A stretch of DNA of 25,968 nt from Promethearchaeota archaeon (GTDB lineage: Archaea; Asgardarchaeota; Lokiarchaeia; Sigyniarchaeales; SOKP01): contig JAGXNO010000046.1 of NCBI GenBank assembly GCA_019894975.1, positions 1-25,968 of the forward strand, in the 5' to 3' direction. Below the pieces are notes generated by a model. The model did not search any database. It saw only the letters and a program-made list of their open reading frames with translations, and was not told the DNA's origin. Made by a program: the position numbers and the translations under genes. Shown in pieces: positions 25,156 to 25,968 of this stretch (the first letter of the stretch is position 1; every line of letters begins with the position of its first letter).

Positions 25156-25419
25156 CTACATAAGTTGTGAGGCATCTGGTTTTATGAAGAGGAGATTATT
25201 ACCTCGAATGAATATCTCGTTATACTTTGCCACGGGTGTTCCTTCTAATAATTCTGTAGCATCTTCAAGAATCATGTTCATATAAGCGTCAATCTCCTTC
25301 AGTAATCCTCTATATTCTGTACCATCTTTTAACCTTAGTAAGATTATTGAGTTTTGTGCGGCTTGTAAAATGGAGAGTGGGTTTTTAGACCTTTGCTGAT
25401 TATTATCCCTATAAGACAT
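25156..25419 (-). CDS. Sm-like archaeal protein (SmAP2/LSm6-like)
   Basis: Sm1 LKDGTEYRGLL..IDAYMNMILEDA and Sm2 IFIRGNNLLFI. Confidence 0.95.
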   Translation of the reverse strand: MSYRDNNQQRSKNPLSILQAAQNSIILLRLKDGTEYRGLLKEIDAYMNMILEDATELLEGTPVAKYNEIFIRGNNLLFIKPDASQLM

Positions 25420-25549
25420 ATGTTTTAAAAACCTTTTTAAATATTATAATTACATTTATTGAAATGATAATTTAAAGATAATTTTTTTTCAATTAAAACC
25501 TTATTATCGATATTGAAAATAGAAAGATTATTGTTCATTGGTTTTATTA

Positions 25550-25968
25550 TTGACAAATTATTTAAGGACTTCAAATAAAAAGAAGAAGATAATTGGCAAT
25601 TATAACTCATCTGCTCCCTTTTATGATAAGAGATATAGGTTAATACAAGAGGAAAAATACCTCAAAACTCTCGATAATCTCTTTCTAAAAGGAAAAAGAA
25701 TTTTAGACGCTGGATGTGGCACCGGACTTCTATTTGAATTTATTTTAAAATCGGGTGTCTTTAAAAGATCTATAAGTTGTCATTATGTTGGACTAGATAT
25801 ATCAAAGAAAATGTTAACAGAATTCAAAGTAAAACTATTAAAATCAAAAATTAAAGCCAATGTATTTCTAATATTATCAGATATAGAGAATTTACCCTTC
25901 CGAGAAAATATTTTTAATGCAATCTTTTCTTTTACATCTTTCCAAAATTTACCAAACTATAGAGAAGG
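25550..25968 (+). CDS. Class I SAM-dependent methyltransferase, truncated by the window edge; not in the ORF track
   Basis: Manual translation from TTG 25550 (alternative TTG 25538): ...YNSSAPFYDKRY...ILDAGCGTGLL...YVGLDISKKML...SDIENLPFRENIFNAIFSFTSFQNLP. Confidence 0.88.
   Translation, partial: MTNYLRTSNKKKKIIGNYNSSAPFYDKRYRLIQEEKYLKTLDNLFLKGKRILDAGCGTGLLFEFILKSGVFKRSISCHYVGLDISKKMLTEFKVKLLKSKIKANVFLILSDIENLPFRENIFNAIFSFTSFQNLPNYRE

Noticed and set aside
1-25968. Selenocysteine readthrough at TGA-ending genes (hisI, rpo3, 78-aa ORF, PPP phosphatase)
   Set aside because: The proteins appear complete at the TGA, there is no plausible downstream extension or redox motif, and no SECIS was recognised.
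1-25968. CRISPR array, transposase, integrase or prophage
   Set aside because: No regularly spaced repeats, terminal inverted repeats or mobility genes seen.

Overview
AT-rich archaeal chromosomal window (roughly 30% GC by eye), most likely Asgard (Lokiarchaeia-like). This is an inference from the archaeal rpo3-rpl18e-rpl13-rps9 block, a thermosome, an Sm protein, an Arf/Rag-like GTPase with a Roadblock-like tail, a eukaryote-like PPP phosphatase and frequent TTG starts. The first 15 kb is housekeeping: pckG fragment, thermosome, Lrp, hisI, trpS, GTPase, yjbQ, trmI, coiled-coil protein, glyA, rpo3 with ribosomal proteins, aroA and aroC. The region 15.3-24 kb holds poorly understood genes: small Zn-finger proteins, Mut7-C RNase, FmdE, a Clp1-type kinase with a shortened P-loop, a circularly permuted ATP-grasp ligase, an unannotated PARP-type Zn-finger gene split by a +1 frameshift at GGG-TAA, a membrane alpha/beta hydrolase, a very acidic Cys/His-tailed protein and an orphan m6A DNA methyltransferase. 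The best candidate for an undescribed system is the permuted ATP-grasp ligase and its neighbours. No RNA gene, CRISPR array or mobile element was recognised. All family comparisons are from remembered motifs; no searches were run.
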